Below, piece after piece: positions 20,308 to 30,741 of a stretch of DNA of 64,000 bases. The position numbers were made by a program, and so were the translations under genes. The notes under the pieces were generated by a model. The model was given only the letters and a program-made list of their open reading frames with translations. It was not told the origin of the DNA and ran no database searches. Each line of letters begins with the position of its first letter. Positions within the stretch are counted from its first letter, which is position 1. This DNA is from a virus, in IMG/VR virus record IMGVR_UViG_3300046170_000502, positions 1 through 64,000 of that record; one strand, written 5' to 3'.

Positions 20308-20568
20308 ATGCAAGAAGATTATGACGAAGAAATTGCTAGAAAAATGGAAGCTATAAATTTAATGTATGAAACTTGCACAGAAGATTTACCAATTTCAAAA
20401 TTAGAAGAAATATCAGAAAGGCATGGAATGTTATTGCAACAACAAATGTTTTGGGTAGCAAATAATAACACAAAAAGATTCTTGTATGACTTGCAAGAAT
20501 TTTCTACTTGGCTTTACAAATTCCTAGAATTAGATCATCTCGATGAAGATGACCTTAAAGATTTTTAA
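20308..20568 (+). CDS. Hypothetical acidic protein
   Basis: ORF chain. Confidence 0.5.
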   Translation: MQEDYDEEIARKMEAINLMYETCTEDLPISKLEEISERHGMLLQQQMFWVANNNTKRFLYDLQEFSTWLYKFLELDHLDEDDLKDF

Positions 20569-20570
20569 AT

Positions 20571-20783
20571 ATGAATAATACAAATAATTGGAACAAAAAA
20601 AATGTGAGTAATGTAAATAATTGGCAAGTAACTTGTGCATCTGATGTAGAAGAATTTTTTTATGAAAGTTCAGACAAGGTTGTAACCGAAGGGGATGCAG
20701 TCGGAATAGAAATAGAAAATGAAAAAAGCGTTGACCTTGTATTATTCTCAAATATATATTGGACTGACGAAAATCTATATTAA
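20571..20783 (+). CDS. Hypothetical protein
   Basis: ORF chain. Confidence 0.45.
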   Translation: MNNTNNWNKKNVSNVNNWQVTCASDVEEFFYESSDKVVTEGDAVGIEIENEKSVDLVLFSNIYWTDENLY

Positions 20784-20802
20784 ATAGGGTGTATATACAT
20801 AT

Positions 20803-21288
20803 ATGACATTAAGAGAGTTATTGTACAGAAAATCATATAAAAATATATTCAATATAATATATAAAACTTTTTTAAAAGATCGTACCCAAGATCAAATTGT
20901 AGAACTATCAATAAAATTTGAAAAAGCATTCAGAGAACTAAAGTCTATCGAACAACAGAATAAAACAAAAAACTTAGTTGTTTTAAATGAAGTTGAAAGT
21001 AAAGAAGAACAAATAATAGATGTATGTTTTTACGATGACAAACAAGACGAACACTATGCTTTAGATTTTATGGATTGGGGTGAGATAATCGACTGCGAAG
21101 TTGTTGCTCCTAAAAAATTCAATCAAACTACCATCGTTGCTCATGTATTATGGGAAATAACATTTTGGGGATATAGTAGAGAAAAAATAACTGAAGAAAG
21201 AAAAGGTTTAAATAAAGCAGTTAAAGAAGTAAAAGAATTGGACTTGGAAGATTTAGAAAATTTTAATATAGAAGACTTGGATGGATGA
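20803..21288 (+). CDS. DUF6557-like protein
   Basis: YALDFMDWGEII..AHVLWEITFWGYS; GTGTA motif 9 nt upstream. Confidence 0.6.
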   Translation: MTLRELLYRKSYKNIFNIIYKTFLKDRTQDQIVELSIKFEKAFRELKSIEQQNKTKNLVVLNEVESKEEQIIDVCFYDDKQDEHYALDFMDWGEIIDCEVVAPKKFNQTTIVAHVLWEITFWGYSREKITEERKGLNKAVKEVKELDLEDLENFNIEDLDG

Positions 21289-21514
21289 AGATAGGTTATA
21301 TGAGTTTCGCATAGAATATATTAGTGGTAATTCAGTAGGGCATAATTACCATTATTATCTTGCAAGAAATGCAGAAGAAGCATTATTTTATCAACTAGAA
21401 ATGATGGATCATAAGCATTGGGATATTACGCTTTTAAAAATGGAAAGAAAATGCCCATTCGCAAATAAGTGGATTAATGAGAGTGAAGTTTTAGAGCTTT
21501 GCGATCACTCTTAA
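21281..21514 (+). CDS. Hypothetical protein
   Basis: Coupled ORF. Confidence 0.5.
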   Translation: MDEDRLYEFRIEYISGNSVGHNYHYYLARNAEEALFYQLEMMDHKHWDITLLKMERKCPFANKWINESEVLELCDHS

Positions 21515-21568
21515 TTTTTTTTTAAAAAAAGTCTTGACACAATTTCGTTTTTGTGCCATACTTTAGGA

Positions 21569-21793
21569 ATGATAGATTTTATTGCAGACATGAACGCTTC
21601 AATCAAGAAGCACGAAAAAGAGTTAGCCTCACAACCTCGCAAGGGCATGATGGTATATTTAGATAAAAGCACTCCAATTTTAGTGCAGTACGCTAGTGCA
21701 GATAGCTTCAACCAAGCTAAATCAATTTCCTCTAGGAAAGGGCAATCAAGTTGCTTGCGTAATGTTTTAGATGGCAATGGAAGACGGCAATAA
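21569..21793 (+). CDS. Hypothetical protein
   Basis: TTGACA(21534)-N17-CATACT-N6-ATG. Confidence 0.5.
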   Translation: MIDFIADMNASIKKHEKELASQPRKGMMVYLDKSTPILVQYASADSFNQAKSISSRKGQSSCLRNVLDGNGRRQ

Positions 21794-21865
21794 CTTTTTT
21801 CTTGACAAACTTTAAAACCTATATTATAATAGAGTCTTACTTAAAACAAAACTAATTGAATAAAA

Positions 21866-24154
21866 ATGATAATTGAAAAAGATAAAAAAACCATTGTGCA
21901 GTCGCACGATTTTGAATCAGTAAATTGCACGATTGATGCTGAAGATATGCGTTATGTTGCTTCGCTCTTGCGAAACAATTACTCTAACACTCGACTTGCA
22001 GTCGTTCGTGAGATTAGTGCCAATGCACTAGATGCGAATATCGAAGCAAACGAAACTCGACCGATTGAAATCTCAATTCCTAGCAAGCTAAGTCCTACTT
22101 TCAGAGTTCGTGATTTTGGCGGTGGACTAAGTAAAGAAGATGTATTCGGCTTATACTCCAAGTATGGTAAGAGTACCAAAAGACAATCGAACAATTATAT
22201 TGGTGCATTTGGCATTGGTAAATTTGCTCCTCTTTCTTATGGAGATAATTTCACTTGCGTTTCTTACAATGGTGGACTCAAAAGTTCATATAATGTTTTC
22301 GTTAATGACGATGATGACACAAAAATTGTAGAGTTACAAGAACCCGAACCAAGTAATGAACCAAGTGGTCTTTGCATCGAGGTTGCAGTTGCAGAATCAG
22401 ATGTAGATGATTTTCGCAAGATAATTAAAAACTTTTTCGAGTTCTTTTCTGACAAAGAAATGCCAAAGTTTATTGGTGACGATGGAACTTTTATTAGAAA
22501 TAGGAACAAGGTTATTGAATCAAAGAATGGTTCTTGGTTCTTTTTAGAAGATGAACGCAATGATTCTTATTATAGTCAAAGAAGTTATAATGCCCACATT
22601 ATCATGGGAAGAGTTGCCTATCCACTAGATAAAAACTCTGTTCAAGTTGATAATTTTGTAGAGAGTTCAAGAAAGAAAGATATTATCTACAACCTACTTG
22701 GTCAAACAAATTTTTATTTGCGACTACCATTAGGTGCAGTCAAATTGCATCATAGCAGAGAGTCATTGGAGTACAACAAAGCTACCCAACAAAAGATTAT
22801 TGGTGCAATGTTAAAGGCTTGCGATGAAGTGCAAGAAATCGCCAAAGAAAAACTCGCAGATTCAAATGATCTTTTTGAGGCAAAAAGTAACTATGCAAGA
22901 ATAGTTAACTCTATGCCATATAACATGAGGCAAATTTTTGAAAACGCTTTCGAGTGGAATGGTATCAAGATTCAATCGGCAACATTTCATCGAGATCATA
23001 AAATGTATGATGATTTAATTCTTACTCAAACAACTAGGGATAACGACTCTTCTGCAAGAAATGGATTTAAAGTTCGCTCGAACAAAGTTACTCGAATACA
23101 TTGCGATGATGAGACAATTTTTCTTATGCAAGATATAGAATCTTCACACGGCAATAATCTTCGTGCAAGAACTATATTTAATGAAAATGATAAATTGAAT
23201 ACAATATTCTTTATTAATCCATTGACTAAATTAGCTAAAAGTTATATTAAAAATGAATGGAATTTTGATCTTGTAGACAAGAAACATATTCGACTTACAT
23301 CAAATGTAGTTAAAGAAAAAATTCAATACAATGGAGTACGCAAATCTAATGGTAGTCGTGCAAACATTCCATTATTTGAAATGGTTCAAGAAAGACCTAG
23401 CTACCGCAATATAGATTATTGGAAAAATGTCAAAGAAGATATTGACAAAATCCAAGATGATACTGATGGTGCTATTGATGGCAAACTTGTATATGTAAAA
23501 ATCAAGAATTACAAGATTGATAGTGATGACTATGATCTCGGCAAGGTATATAGTTTATGCGGTAGAGTGCGTAGAAGATCAGATGACAAATCAGATGCGA
23601 AAAAGTTTCGCTTGTTTGGAATTCGTAGTGGAGATGTATCTAAGTTAGATTCAGATTCTTGGATTTCTTTTGAAGATTTTCTTCTTCAAAACTCTAAAGA
23701 TTATTTACTCTCAAACTTAACTGAAGCAAAAAAATCGTACATTAAGTTTAGCGTAGACTCTCTTCATCACGATGATACGGACATTCAGAAGTCTGTTGCT
23801 GATTGCAGATACAATCTTGCGTACATTATGAATGCAACTAGAATTAAGTTCGACAAATTACCAAAAGATAATTTAGTACGCAAGATCAGAGATAACTTTC
23901 AGATCGTTATCAATGAAGGTGCTTGTCCTCAATGCTCTTCTGCAATCGCATTCATTTCTAAGTTCGATAAAGATTGGCTTAAATTTAATCTCGACAATGG
24001 ATTCTCTGCGAAGCAATTCGCAAAAGATATAGATGCAATTAGAGAAAAGTATTCTTTCCTCGATTATGTATCAAATAGTGTAAATTCATATAGAGCAGAT
24101 GAAAAACTTTTTAAAGATATTATAGATTATATTTTACTCTGTGATAAAAATTAA
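21866..24154 (+). CDS. rIIA: rIIA-like protein (N-terminal GHKL/HATPase_c domain)
   Basis: YSN.RLAVVREISANALDA, RDFGGGLS, YGKSTK..IGAFGIGK; adjacent to rIIB as in T4-like phages. Confidence 0.85.
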   Translation: MIIEKDKKTIVQSHDFESVNCTIDAEDMRYVASLLRNNYSNTRLAVVREISANALDANIEANETRPIEISIPSKLSPTFRVRDFGGGLSKEDVFGLYSKYGKSTKRQSNNYIGAFGIGKFAPLSYGDNFTCVSYNGGLKSSYNVFVNDDDDTKIVELQEPEPSNEPSGLCIEVAVAESDVDDFRKIIKNFFEFFSDKEMPKFIGDDGTFIRNRNKVIESKNGSWFFLEDERNDSYYSQRSYNAHIIMGRVAYPLDKNSVQVDNFVESSRKKDIIYNLLGQTNFYLRLPLGAVKLHHSRESLEYNKATQQKIIGAMLKACDEVQEIAKEKLADSNDLFEAKSNYARIVNSMPYNMRQIFENAFEWNGIKIQSATFHRDHKMYDDLILTQTTRDNDSSARNGFKVRSNKVTRIHCDDETIFLMQDIESSHGNNLRARTIFNENDKLNTIFFINPLTKLAKSYIKNEWNFDLVDKKHIRLTSNVVKEKIQYNGVRKSNGSRANIPLFEMVQERPSYRNIDYWKNVKEDIDKIQDDTDGAIDGKLVYVKIKNYKIDSDDYDLGKVYSLCGRVRRRSDDKSDAKKFRLFGIRSGDVSKLDSDSWISFEDFLLQNSKDYLLSNLTEAKKSYIKFSVDSLHHDDTDIQKSVADCRYNLAYIMNATRIKFDKLPKDNLVRKIRDNFQIVINEGACPQCSSAIAFISKFDKDWLKFNLDNGFSAKQFAKDIDAIREKYSFLDYVSNSVNSYRADEKLFKDIIDYILLCDKN

Positions 24155-24190
24155 CTTGACAAACAAACAAATATATATTATATTAGAATA

Positions 24191-25345
24191 ATGAAAAAAG
24201 TACCATATACATTAAGCGAAAATTCAGTAACGATCTTTTGGGATGGCAAGCCATACACTCTTCGTAGTGACCATCCAAATTTTCAACTTGTACGCAAGGC
24301 ATTATTTGATGCAAGATATGATGATCTTGGCGATCTCATTGACATCAAAAAGTCAGTCGAAAACTTTGTCGAAGGAGACATCGAAGTGCGTGACGAAGTT
24401 GTTTATTACAAGGGTCATCGTCTGCATGGAGTTGTGGTTGACAAGTTGTTAGAAATGCTTCGTAGTGGAATGAAAGATTCTGCTCCTCTTGTAAACTTTA
24501 TTACTCGCTTGCAATCCAATCCAAGTGCAAATTCTGTAAATGAATTGTATTCTTTCTTGAGTTATAAATCTCTGCCAAATACTCCCGAAGGAAAAGTATT
24601 GGGGTATAAGGGAGTTCAAGGAGATTATTGGTCACAAACAGGTAATGCAGATACAATCGTATTACAAGGCGAGACTAATGGTAGACATCAAATTCTCAAC
24701 GAAGTTGGTGCAACGATTGAAGTTGCTCGCAGATGTGTAGATGACAACAAGGATCATCATTGTTCCTTTGGTCTTCATGTGGGTAGTTACGATTACGCTA
24801 ACGATTGGGCGGGATCAGACGGCAAATTACTTGTCGTTGAATTTGATCCATCAGATGCAGTTAGCGTTCCTACTGATTGCAACTTTCAGAAACTTAGGGT
24901 TTCAAAGTACAAGGTAGTGTCTGACATTACTGATACTCGCAAAGAGATTGATAAGCCCATCTATGAGGCTAATAAGCCTATCTATGGATCAGATTCAGAC
25001 GATTGTTGCGAAGATGATAATTGCGACTACGATTGTGATTTGTCTGATGACGATAATTATGATCTTGACGAATACGGAGAACCAAAAGTTACTCTTCCCG
25101 AAAATTATGATGATGATTACAATGAGCCATTAGAAGATATGCCCAACGATTATCTTTCAATCAGAAATTACATTGAAAACAAGCATGAAGATGGAGAATG
25201 TCCAATGCTCAAACAAATTCAAAACAGAATGAAAAGTTCAGAGTTGACTTGTGGAGAAATACAAGATATAGTAATTGATCTTGGATATGACATTTTTGAA
25301 GATGAAGACTTGCCTCGATCCATGTGGAGAGTTGAGTTTAATTAA
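24191..25345 (+). CDS. rIIB: rIIB-like protein with acidic C-terminal extension
   Basis: TPEGKVLGYKGV, VDDNKDHHCSFGLHVGSYDYA, FDPSDAVSVPTDCNFQKLRVSKYKVV. Confidence 0.85.
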   Translation: MKKVPYTLSENSVTIFWDGKPYTLRSDHPNFQLVRKALFDARYDDLGDLIDIKKSVENFVEGDIEVRDEVVYYKGHRLHGVVVDKLLEMLRSGMKDSAPLVNFITRLQSNPSANSVNELYSFLSYKSLPNTPEGKVLGYKGVQGDYWSQTGNADTIVLQGETNGRHQILNEVGATIEVARRCVDDNKDHHCSFGLHVGSYDYANDWAGSDGKLLVVEFDPSDAVSVPTDCNFQKLRVSKYKVVSDITDTRKEIDKPIYEANKPIYGSDSDDCCEDDNCDYDCDLSDDDNYDLDEYGEPKVTLPENYDDDYNEPLEDMPNDYLSIRNYIENKHEDGECPMLKQIQNRMKSSELTCGEIQDIVIDLGYDIFEDEDLPRSMWRVEFN

Positions 25346-25365
25346 ACAATTAATTTAATACAATT

Positions 25366-25617
25366 ATGAATACAGAAACAGAACAAATAGAGTTGCTTGA
25401 AAAAATTTCTCAAGCGAACGAGGCTCAAGTAGACTCGATGTGGGCAATACTTAAATATAAAGAAATCGGAATCTATCGCAAGGTTGCTTGTATGTGTGAA
25501 GTCTTGAATCAAGATTTTGAAAATATGCTTGGTAGTCTTCCTCAAGATGAAGAAGGGCGAATATTAGACTATAAGACTCGACATCTAATACATGATGCTT
25601 TAATTGGAGTCTCATAA
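25366..25617 (+). CDS. Hypothetical protein
   Basis: ORF chain. Confidence 0.5.
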   Translation: MNTETEQIELLEKISQANEAQVDSMWAILKYKEIGIYRKVACMCEVLNQDFENMLGSLPQDEEGRILDYKTRHLIHDALIGVS

Positions 25618-25619
25618 CA

Positions 25620-26027
25620 ATGAGGCAAACCAAGTCTAAGATTGTTGATCTTTACTTGGAACTAGAAAAGAATACAGAAAAATTCATTCAGCAAATTATC
25701 GTTAGAGGGTTTGAGCGAATTGGCATTGGAAGTTACAAGTCAGTTTACTCTAAAAAAAAGTTAGGTTATGTTATAAAAGTAGCCAACTCCCTCAACGATG
25801 AATTTGCGAATGTTCCAAGCGAAATAAAAAACTATTATATTAAACCATATTATATTGACGAAAAAATTGTAATACAAAAAAAAGCAAATACCAAAAGCTC
25901 AAAAGATAATTACAAAAAAATATTAAACAAATTAGGTATAAACATCTGCGAGAGACTTGACATTAATCCTCAAAATTGTGGAGCAATAGATAATTCTCCT
26001 ATTATATTTGATTTTTGCGAAGTTTAA
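25620..26027 (+). CDS. Minimal protein-kinase-like protein
   Basis: IGIGSYKSVY (Gly loop), YVIK (VAIK-like), LDINPQNC (catalytic-loop-like), IIFDF (DFG-like). Confidence 0.5.
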   Translation: MRQTKSKIVDLYLELEKNTEKFIQQIIVRGFERIGIGSYKSVYSKKKLGYVIKVANSLNDEFANVPSEIKNYYIKPYYIDEKIVIQKKANTKSSKDNYKKILNKLGINICERLDINPQNCGAIDNSPIIFDFCEV

Positions 26028-26115
26028 ATTACTGAATACCACATACTTAAAACAAAAAAAACAAAAAACAAAAAAAACTCTTGACATTTCTTACGATTAT
26101 GTCATACTTATAAAC

Positions 26116-26877
26116 ATGAACATTGCAAAAGACACATTGAATAAACAAATTCTGTTATTAGAAAACGCTATCGCTCCTATCAACCAACTTGTTGAGGAGT
26201 CAAAACCTACAATACAAGTTGACCCCTTTAGGAATGTTGATAAGTTTTTCGACAACCTTAAATTTGGTGCAGTCAAAAGCGAGACTGATTATTGGACAAA
26301 CTTAATTCCCAAAGACGATGCAGAAATGTTTGCTCGTTGGGTCTTCGCCATTATGAGCGTTCACACAACTTGGGAAAGTAATGTACGAGGCTACGAGATT
26401 GCCATGAGCGATCTTTCTTGGACTTTATCCAAGGATAAGCTCAAGCAGATGATCGTCAAGGCTAAAGTCGGCTTATATGAGCGTAGAGAGCGTGGATTGT
26501 GGGATTTAGTTACTAAGTTTCGTGAAAACCCCGATCAGTTCAAGAAGCAAGATGACGAGACATGGCAAGAATGTCGCAATCGTTTAATCGGAACAATTTA
26601 TGGATTAGGTAACGCAAAGACAACTTATGCTCTTTCACTTAGTTATCCAACAGAATCGCAACTTTGTTGCTTGGATGTTCACTTGTTGCGTTTCATGGGT
26701 CACGACCTCAAGAAAGGTCACGCAAGCAGTCTCAAGGTTTATGAGGAGATGGAGAATGAGTGGCTTGCTCGTTGCAACAAGTATGGCATTTCGCCAAATG
26801 TCGCAAGAGAAATGTATTGGAATAAAGTTCAAGGCAGAAGAAATTCTCGTTATTGGAGTTACTGCTTAGAAGCATGA
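26116..26877 (+). CDS. HhH-GPD DNA glycosylase-like protein
   Basis: IYGLGNAKT (HhH) followed by CCLDVHLLR (catalytic Asp); leaderless promoter at 26081. Confidence 0.65.
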   Translation: MNIAKDTLNKQILLLENAIAPINQLVEESKPTIQVDPFRNVDKFFDNLKFGAVKSETDYWTNLIPKDDAEMFARWVFAIMSVHTTWESNVRGYEIAMSDLSWTLSKDKLKQMIVKAKVGLYERRERGLWDLVTKFRENPDQFKKQDDETWQECRNRLIGTIYGLGNAKTTYALSLSYPTESQLCCLDVHLLRFMGHDLKKGHASSLKVYEEMENEWLARCNKYGISPNVAREMYWNKVQGRRNSRYWSYCLEA

Positions 26878-27035
26878 ACAACAAAGAAAAACTAGCTTTG
26901 CAAGACCTCATTGATTGCACAGAACATTATTTACTACAAGGTCACATACAAGAGCAATACGATCAATCGGAGTTAGTGTTAATGCACTATCATGTAAAAT
27001 TAATGAAAAGTTTTTTAGATAGAATTAAATCATAA
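26874..27035 (+). CDS. Small hypothetical protein
   Basis: ATGA-coupled. Confidence 0.45.
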   Translation: MNNKEKLALQDLIDCTEHYLLQGHIQEQYDQSELVLMHYHVKLMKSFLDRIKS

Positions 27036-27037
27036 AA

Positions 27038-27244
27038 ATGAAAAAAGAATATAATATAACATTAGGCTTAACTGCACAAGAAATTTCTTCCATTAAAAAT
27101 GGAGAGCATATAAAGTTTAATTTCTTGCCGACAGAACTTGAAGATTTTGATGATAGAATTTCTATATCAATAAAAGAAATGGGAGAAGATTCGACTTTAT
27201 CAGAATGTATGAATTTAAGTGTTGACAATCTCGCAGAAGTTTAA
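27038..27244 (+). CDS. Hypothetical protein
   Basis: ORF chain. Confidence 0.45.
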   Translation: MKKEYNITLGLTAQEISSIKNGEHIKFNFLPTELEDFDDRISISIKEMGEDSTLSECMNLSVDNLAEV

Positions 27245-27256
27245 TAGGATATTATC

Positions 27257-27547
27257 ATGCAAAACGAAATTACAGAAGGAGATCAAATCCTAGAAGAGTT
27301 GTCAGAAATTAACGAAGAGGCGATTGTGCTTGAGCCTCAATCTACTTTTAATCGTGCAATTGTCGGTAGTGATACCTCCAACCGACTTGTTTATTCAGTA
27401 ACCAAGATCATTCGTGCATTGATGGATGAAGATGATATGGACGAACAAGAAGCACTTGAATGGTTTGAGTTTAATACTCTTGGAACATTTAATGGCATGG
27501 AAGACAAAAACAAACCTATTTTCATGTATGATGAGTTTATTTTCTAA
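27257..27547 (+). CDS. Conserved acidic phage protein
   Basis: AIVG..LVYSVTKII..L..D.MDEQEALEWFEFNTLG. Confidence 0.6.
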   Translation: MQNEITEGDQILEELSEINEEAIVLEPQSTFNRAIVGSDTSNRLVYSVTKIIRALMDEDDMDEQEALEWFEFNTLGTFNGMEDKNKPIFMYDEFIF

Positions 27548-27740
27548 AATTTTTAATGTGTTTAAACCAACTCCAAAGTTGAGTAAAAAACAAATGAACG
27601 AATTAATTGGTGAAGTTATCAATAAAAACGAATCTCTTCTTGAACGATTGGGTGATGATAAGTCTCCTCCGATTATAGGAGACGATTACCCAACCTACGA
27701 ACAACTAATCGAAGAATATGAATCACAAAATTCTAAGTAA
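27528..27740 (+). CDS. Hypothetical protein
   Basis: ORF chain. Confidence 0.4.
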   Translation: MMSLFSKIFNVFKPTPKLSKKQMNELIGEVINKNESLLERLGDDKSPPIIGDDYPTYEQLIEEYESQNSK

Positions 27741-27918
27741 AGTGCAAGAACAACAAGAAGAAAAAATTGATTTAATTAAATCAATCAAAGATTTAGAAAT
27801 GGAACTTGAGTTTATGTACTCAAGAGAACCCGATGAAATAAAATATATTTCTAGCCTAGAAAAACAAATTGACGAATTATACGAAAAATTAGATAAAATT
27901 AGCGATGAAAACAACTGA
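27718..27918 (+). CDS. Hypothetical coiled-coil protein
   Basis: ORF chain. Confidence 0.45.
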   Translation: MNHKILSKVQEQQEEKIDLIKSIKDLEMELEFMYSREPDEIKYISSLEKQIDELYEKLDKISDENN

Positions 27919-28108
27919 ACAACAAAAAAGAGACGAAGAACCAACCATTGATGATATGCGTTATGATCTTGCTGAAAGAGAAGCAATGAACATGGGTGTA
28001 AGTGAAATTATAGAAATTCTTATCAATGGAATTCAAGGATTAGATGAAATGCCCGACATTGAAGTGAAAGATGAGTGGGATTATTATTTTAAGGTTGACA
28101 AAGATTAA
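27905..28108 (+). CDS. Small acidic protein
   Basis: Coupled ORF, D/E-rich. Confidence 0.5.
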   Translation: MKTTEQQKRDEEPTIDDMRYDLAEREAMNMGVSEIIEILINGIQGLDEMPDIEVKDEWDYYFKVDKD

Positions 28109-28130
28109 AACATAGTACATACTTATACTC

Positions 28131-28319
28131 ATGCAAACATATAGACAAGCACTAACAGAAGAGTTACAAAGATTGGTTAAACAAGAATCATTTAATGTTA
28201 ATCATGCAAAAGACATAATTGAATTGTATGATGACGAGATAAACGACACAAGCGAATTGACTGCTTACGACAAAGCAATGCAAGATATTGACAATGTAAA
28301 AAATGGAGAATGGGATTGA
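28131..28319 (+). CDS. Small acidic protein
   Basis: Promoter TTGACA 28095 / CATACT. Confidence 0.5.
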   Translation: MQTYRQALTEELQRLVKQESFNVNHAKDIIELYDDEINDTSELTAYDKAMQDIDNVKNGEWD

Positions 28320-28534
28320 TGAAAATTAAAAACAAATGGGACGAAGAATTTGAAGTCAATATTGGTGATTGGGTTGGATTCAAATCCGACATTGAGCAAT
28401 GTGGAAAAGTAAAGCAGATTCAATCAAGAGGAGCGTTGATAGTTGAAAATAAAAATGGATTCGATGGAGACTATATCGGTGGAGATACCGAAGCATTAGT
28501 TGGATTTGATGAAGTGTGGAAAGAGTATAATTAA
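28319..28534 (+). CDS. Hypothetical protein
   Basis: TGATG-coupled. Confidence 0.5.
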   Translation: MKIKNKWDEEFEVNIGDWVGFKSDIEQCGKVKQIQSRGALIVENKNGFDGDYIGGDTEALVGFDEVWKEYN

Positions 28535-28546
28535 ATAAAATTTAAT

Positions 28547-28765
28547 ATGAGATTAACAAAATATCAAAAAGCAAGAATGTTGGAATTCGGTTGGGATGTA
28601 GTTGAAAGCGAGACTGATGGAGAAATTCAGAATTGCTCTTGGATCAGTATTGATCCCGAAGATGGAATTATATATAACGATGCAGTAAAACTTTTCGGAT
28701 TGAGTGGAGACGGCAAAGACATTAAACTTTTAGTTGTTGGCACAAGAGAAGAAGACGAAGAGTGA
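28547..28765 (+). CDS. Small acidic protein
   Basis: ORF chain. Confidence 0.5.
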   Translation: MRLTKYQKARMLEFGWDVVESETDGEIQNCSWISIDPEDGIIYNDAVKLFGLSGDGKDIKLLVVGTREEDEE

Positions 28766-29097
28766 TGAAGTTATCAGAAGCAATAGAATTAGTGCTAAAT
28801 GAAGCAGAAACATCTGCCCTTGGAGATTGTGAAGAAAACCCAAATAGCAAGAAAGTTATGGAAGCATCAGATGTTGTGCGAGATTTCTACGACAATCACG
28901 GAAAGCATTTCAGAAATTTCTCAATAAATGAATTCGACTGCCATCATCACAATCATGCAGACTTTATAGACGATGAAGAAAAGATGAAAGACTTTAATGA
29001 GTTAAGTAAAGAAGAATTTTTATCAAGTTATGGTTATATCACAGAAGAAGAATATAATTTAACAAGATTAGAGCAAAAAAAGATTGACACATTATAA
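28762..29097 (+). CDS. Hypothetical acidic protein
   Basis: C-term DF.ELSKEEFL.SY.Y.TEEEY. Confidence 0.55.
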   Translation: MMKLSEAIELVLNEAETSALGDCEENPNSKKVMEASDVVRDFYDNHGKHFRNFSINEFDCHHHNHADFIDDEEKMKDFNELSKEEFLSSYGYITEEEYNLTRLEQKKIDTL

Positions 29098-29147
29098 TTT
29101 ATAGTCTAATATATAAAGAATAAACAATAAAAACCAAATTGAAAAAA

Positions 29148-29738
29148 ATGAATTATTTTAAAAATGCGAAAGTAAATTGGAACACATGGAGTCCCGAAGA
29201 CATTATATTCAAAAGTAATAATGTTATTAAAAAGTTAATGCCACAAGAAAATGTGTTAAGCTATAAAAGCAAGAGTGATCGTGATGCACAGATGTGCAAA
29301 AAGACGAACGGCAAATTGCATACGAGTTCATGGAACAATGGCTCATATCATGGAAGTGAGAATTATCGTGCAGTTCATGTGCAACTTAAAGATGTTAAGT
29401 CAGAATTTCCTAGTGCGAATGTTGACTTTGTTGATTGCACTCACAGAAAAGATAGCGTTGGTAATAATCTTGGGCGAGTTAATATATTGATTTACATAAA
29501 TTCATTTCATTGCGAATGGGAGTGGAAGAGAGATCAGCATGGAAACTATACCAAGCATCGAGGTCAGAATATTTGCCCTCTTGAAGAAGGTTACAGAATT
29601 TGTTATGGCGGGCAAGGAGATAGCAACTCACTTAGTTACAACGAATTTTCTGAGTTATTAGATATAACAGAATCAGTTCGCAGATTTCTTTTTGAGGTTT
29701 TAATTCCTCACCAACAAGGCATAGAGTTAGTTGCATGA
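29148..29738 (+). CDS. Hypothetical protein
   Basis: Promoter at 29084; 196-aa ORF. Confidence 0.6.
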   Translation: MNYFKNAKVNWNTWSPEDIIFKSNNVIKKLMPQENVLSYKSKSDRDAQMCKKTNGKLHTSSWNNGSYHGSENYRAVHVQLKDVKSEFPSANVDFVDCTHRKDSVGNNLGRVNILIYINSFHCEWEWKRDQHGNYTKHRGQNICPLEEGYRICYGGQGDSNSLSYNEFSELLDITESVRRFLFEVLIPHQQGIELVA

Positions 29739-29838
29739 GAATTTTCATTAATTCAGATATGATATTAATGTCGAATCAAAAATCAGATATTGAATTCGCA
29801 AAACGATATAAACTTAAAGAAATTAAACAAATTAAAAA

Positions 29839-30075
29839 ATGAAGTGGAAAACAGAAACTCGCAAAGGTGGAGCAGAAATTTATGTTGAATGCAATAATCG
29901 TTCTATTTTCGTTGGAGAAGGATATAGTATGCTAGAATATGGCGAAAGCATGGTTCTTGCTAGTGTTATTGAAAAAGCATTAAACGAATACGAAGAAGGT
30001 TATGATTGTCACGATAAAGGATCGAACCAACACTTAAATACAATATGTGATGACGAGCATGGAAATTCTTTATGA
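29839..30075 (+). CDS. Hypothetical protein
   Basis: ORF chain. Confidence 0.45.
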   Translation: MKWKTETRKGGAEIYVECNNRSIFVGEGYSMLEYGESMVLASVIEKALNEYEEGYDCHDKGSNQHLNTICDDEHGNSL

Positions 30076-30185
30076 ACAATTTAATTTATAATTTACCCGA
30101 TGTTTTTTATGCAATTAATGTAATTACGGCTTGCATATTAGTTTTATTGTTTGCGTTAATCATAACAAATTCTTTTGGAGATTAA

Positions 30186-30352
30186 AAATAGGTTCACCTC
30201 TTAATGTGAGTGATTTCAGTAATTCGTGATAGTTTACTAGTAACTTGATCTTATTGAATGAGCAAGATCTACCATGTCCGATCAGCAGAAAAAGACTAGC
30301 AAGTAATTCGATTACTACTATATTGGAGTTAGTCACGGATACTCTCCGTGCA
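30186..30352. ncRNA. Possible structured non-coding element
   Basis: ORF-free gap with several hairpins (TCAC/GTGA, GATCTT/AAGATC, GTAAT-TCG-ATTAC, CACGGA/TCCGTG). Confidence 0.3.
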
Positions 30353-30364
30353 AATATTTAAAAT

Positions 30365-30628
30365 ATGAAAATAAAATTAGGAATACGAGGAAGCACAGAT
30401 GCAATCAATCATATTATCGTCAAAATAGATGATCTTATGCTTATAAATGCAAATAACTTATTTTTAGTTGGAGATGAAGACAGAATTAAAATAGGAAAAA
30501 ATTTAGTAGAATTATTAGATTCCCTTTCAAAAGATCACGAAATATCTGTTGGTGAAAATGTTTCCAAGGAAATAGAAAGAGAATTAAACTTAAAAAATAA
30601 CGAAATTAAAAAATATTCAAATGAATGA
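30365..30628 (+). CDS. Hypothetical protein
   Basis: ORF chain. Confidence 0.45.
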   Translation: MKIKLGIRGSTDAINHIIVKIDDLMLINANNLFLVGDEDRIKIGKNLVELLDSLSKDHEISVGENVSKEIERELNLKNNEIKKYSNE

Positions 30629-30741
30629 TTCAACTTTATCGGCAATATTTATTTGTGTGATTGCATTGGCATTTATAATTGATTTCTATATTAGAAAATA
30701 AAAGGCTTGACAAGAACTAGAATTTGCTTTATTCTTTAATT

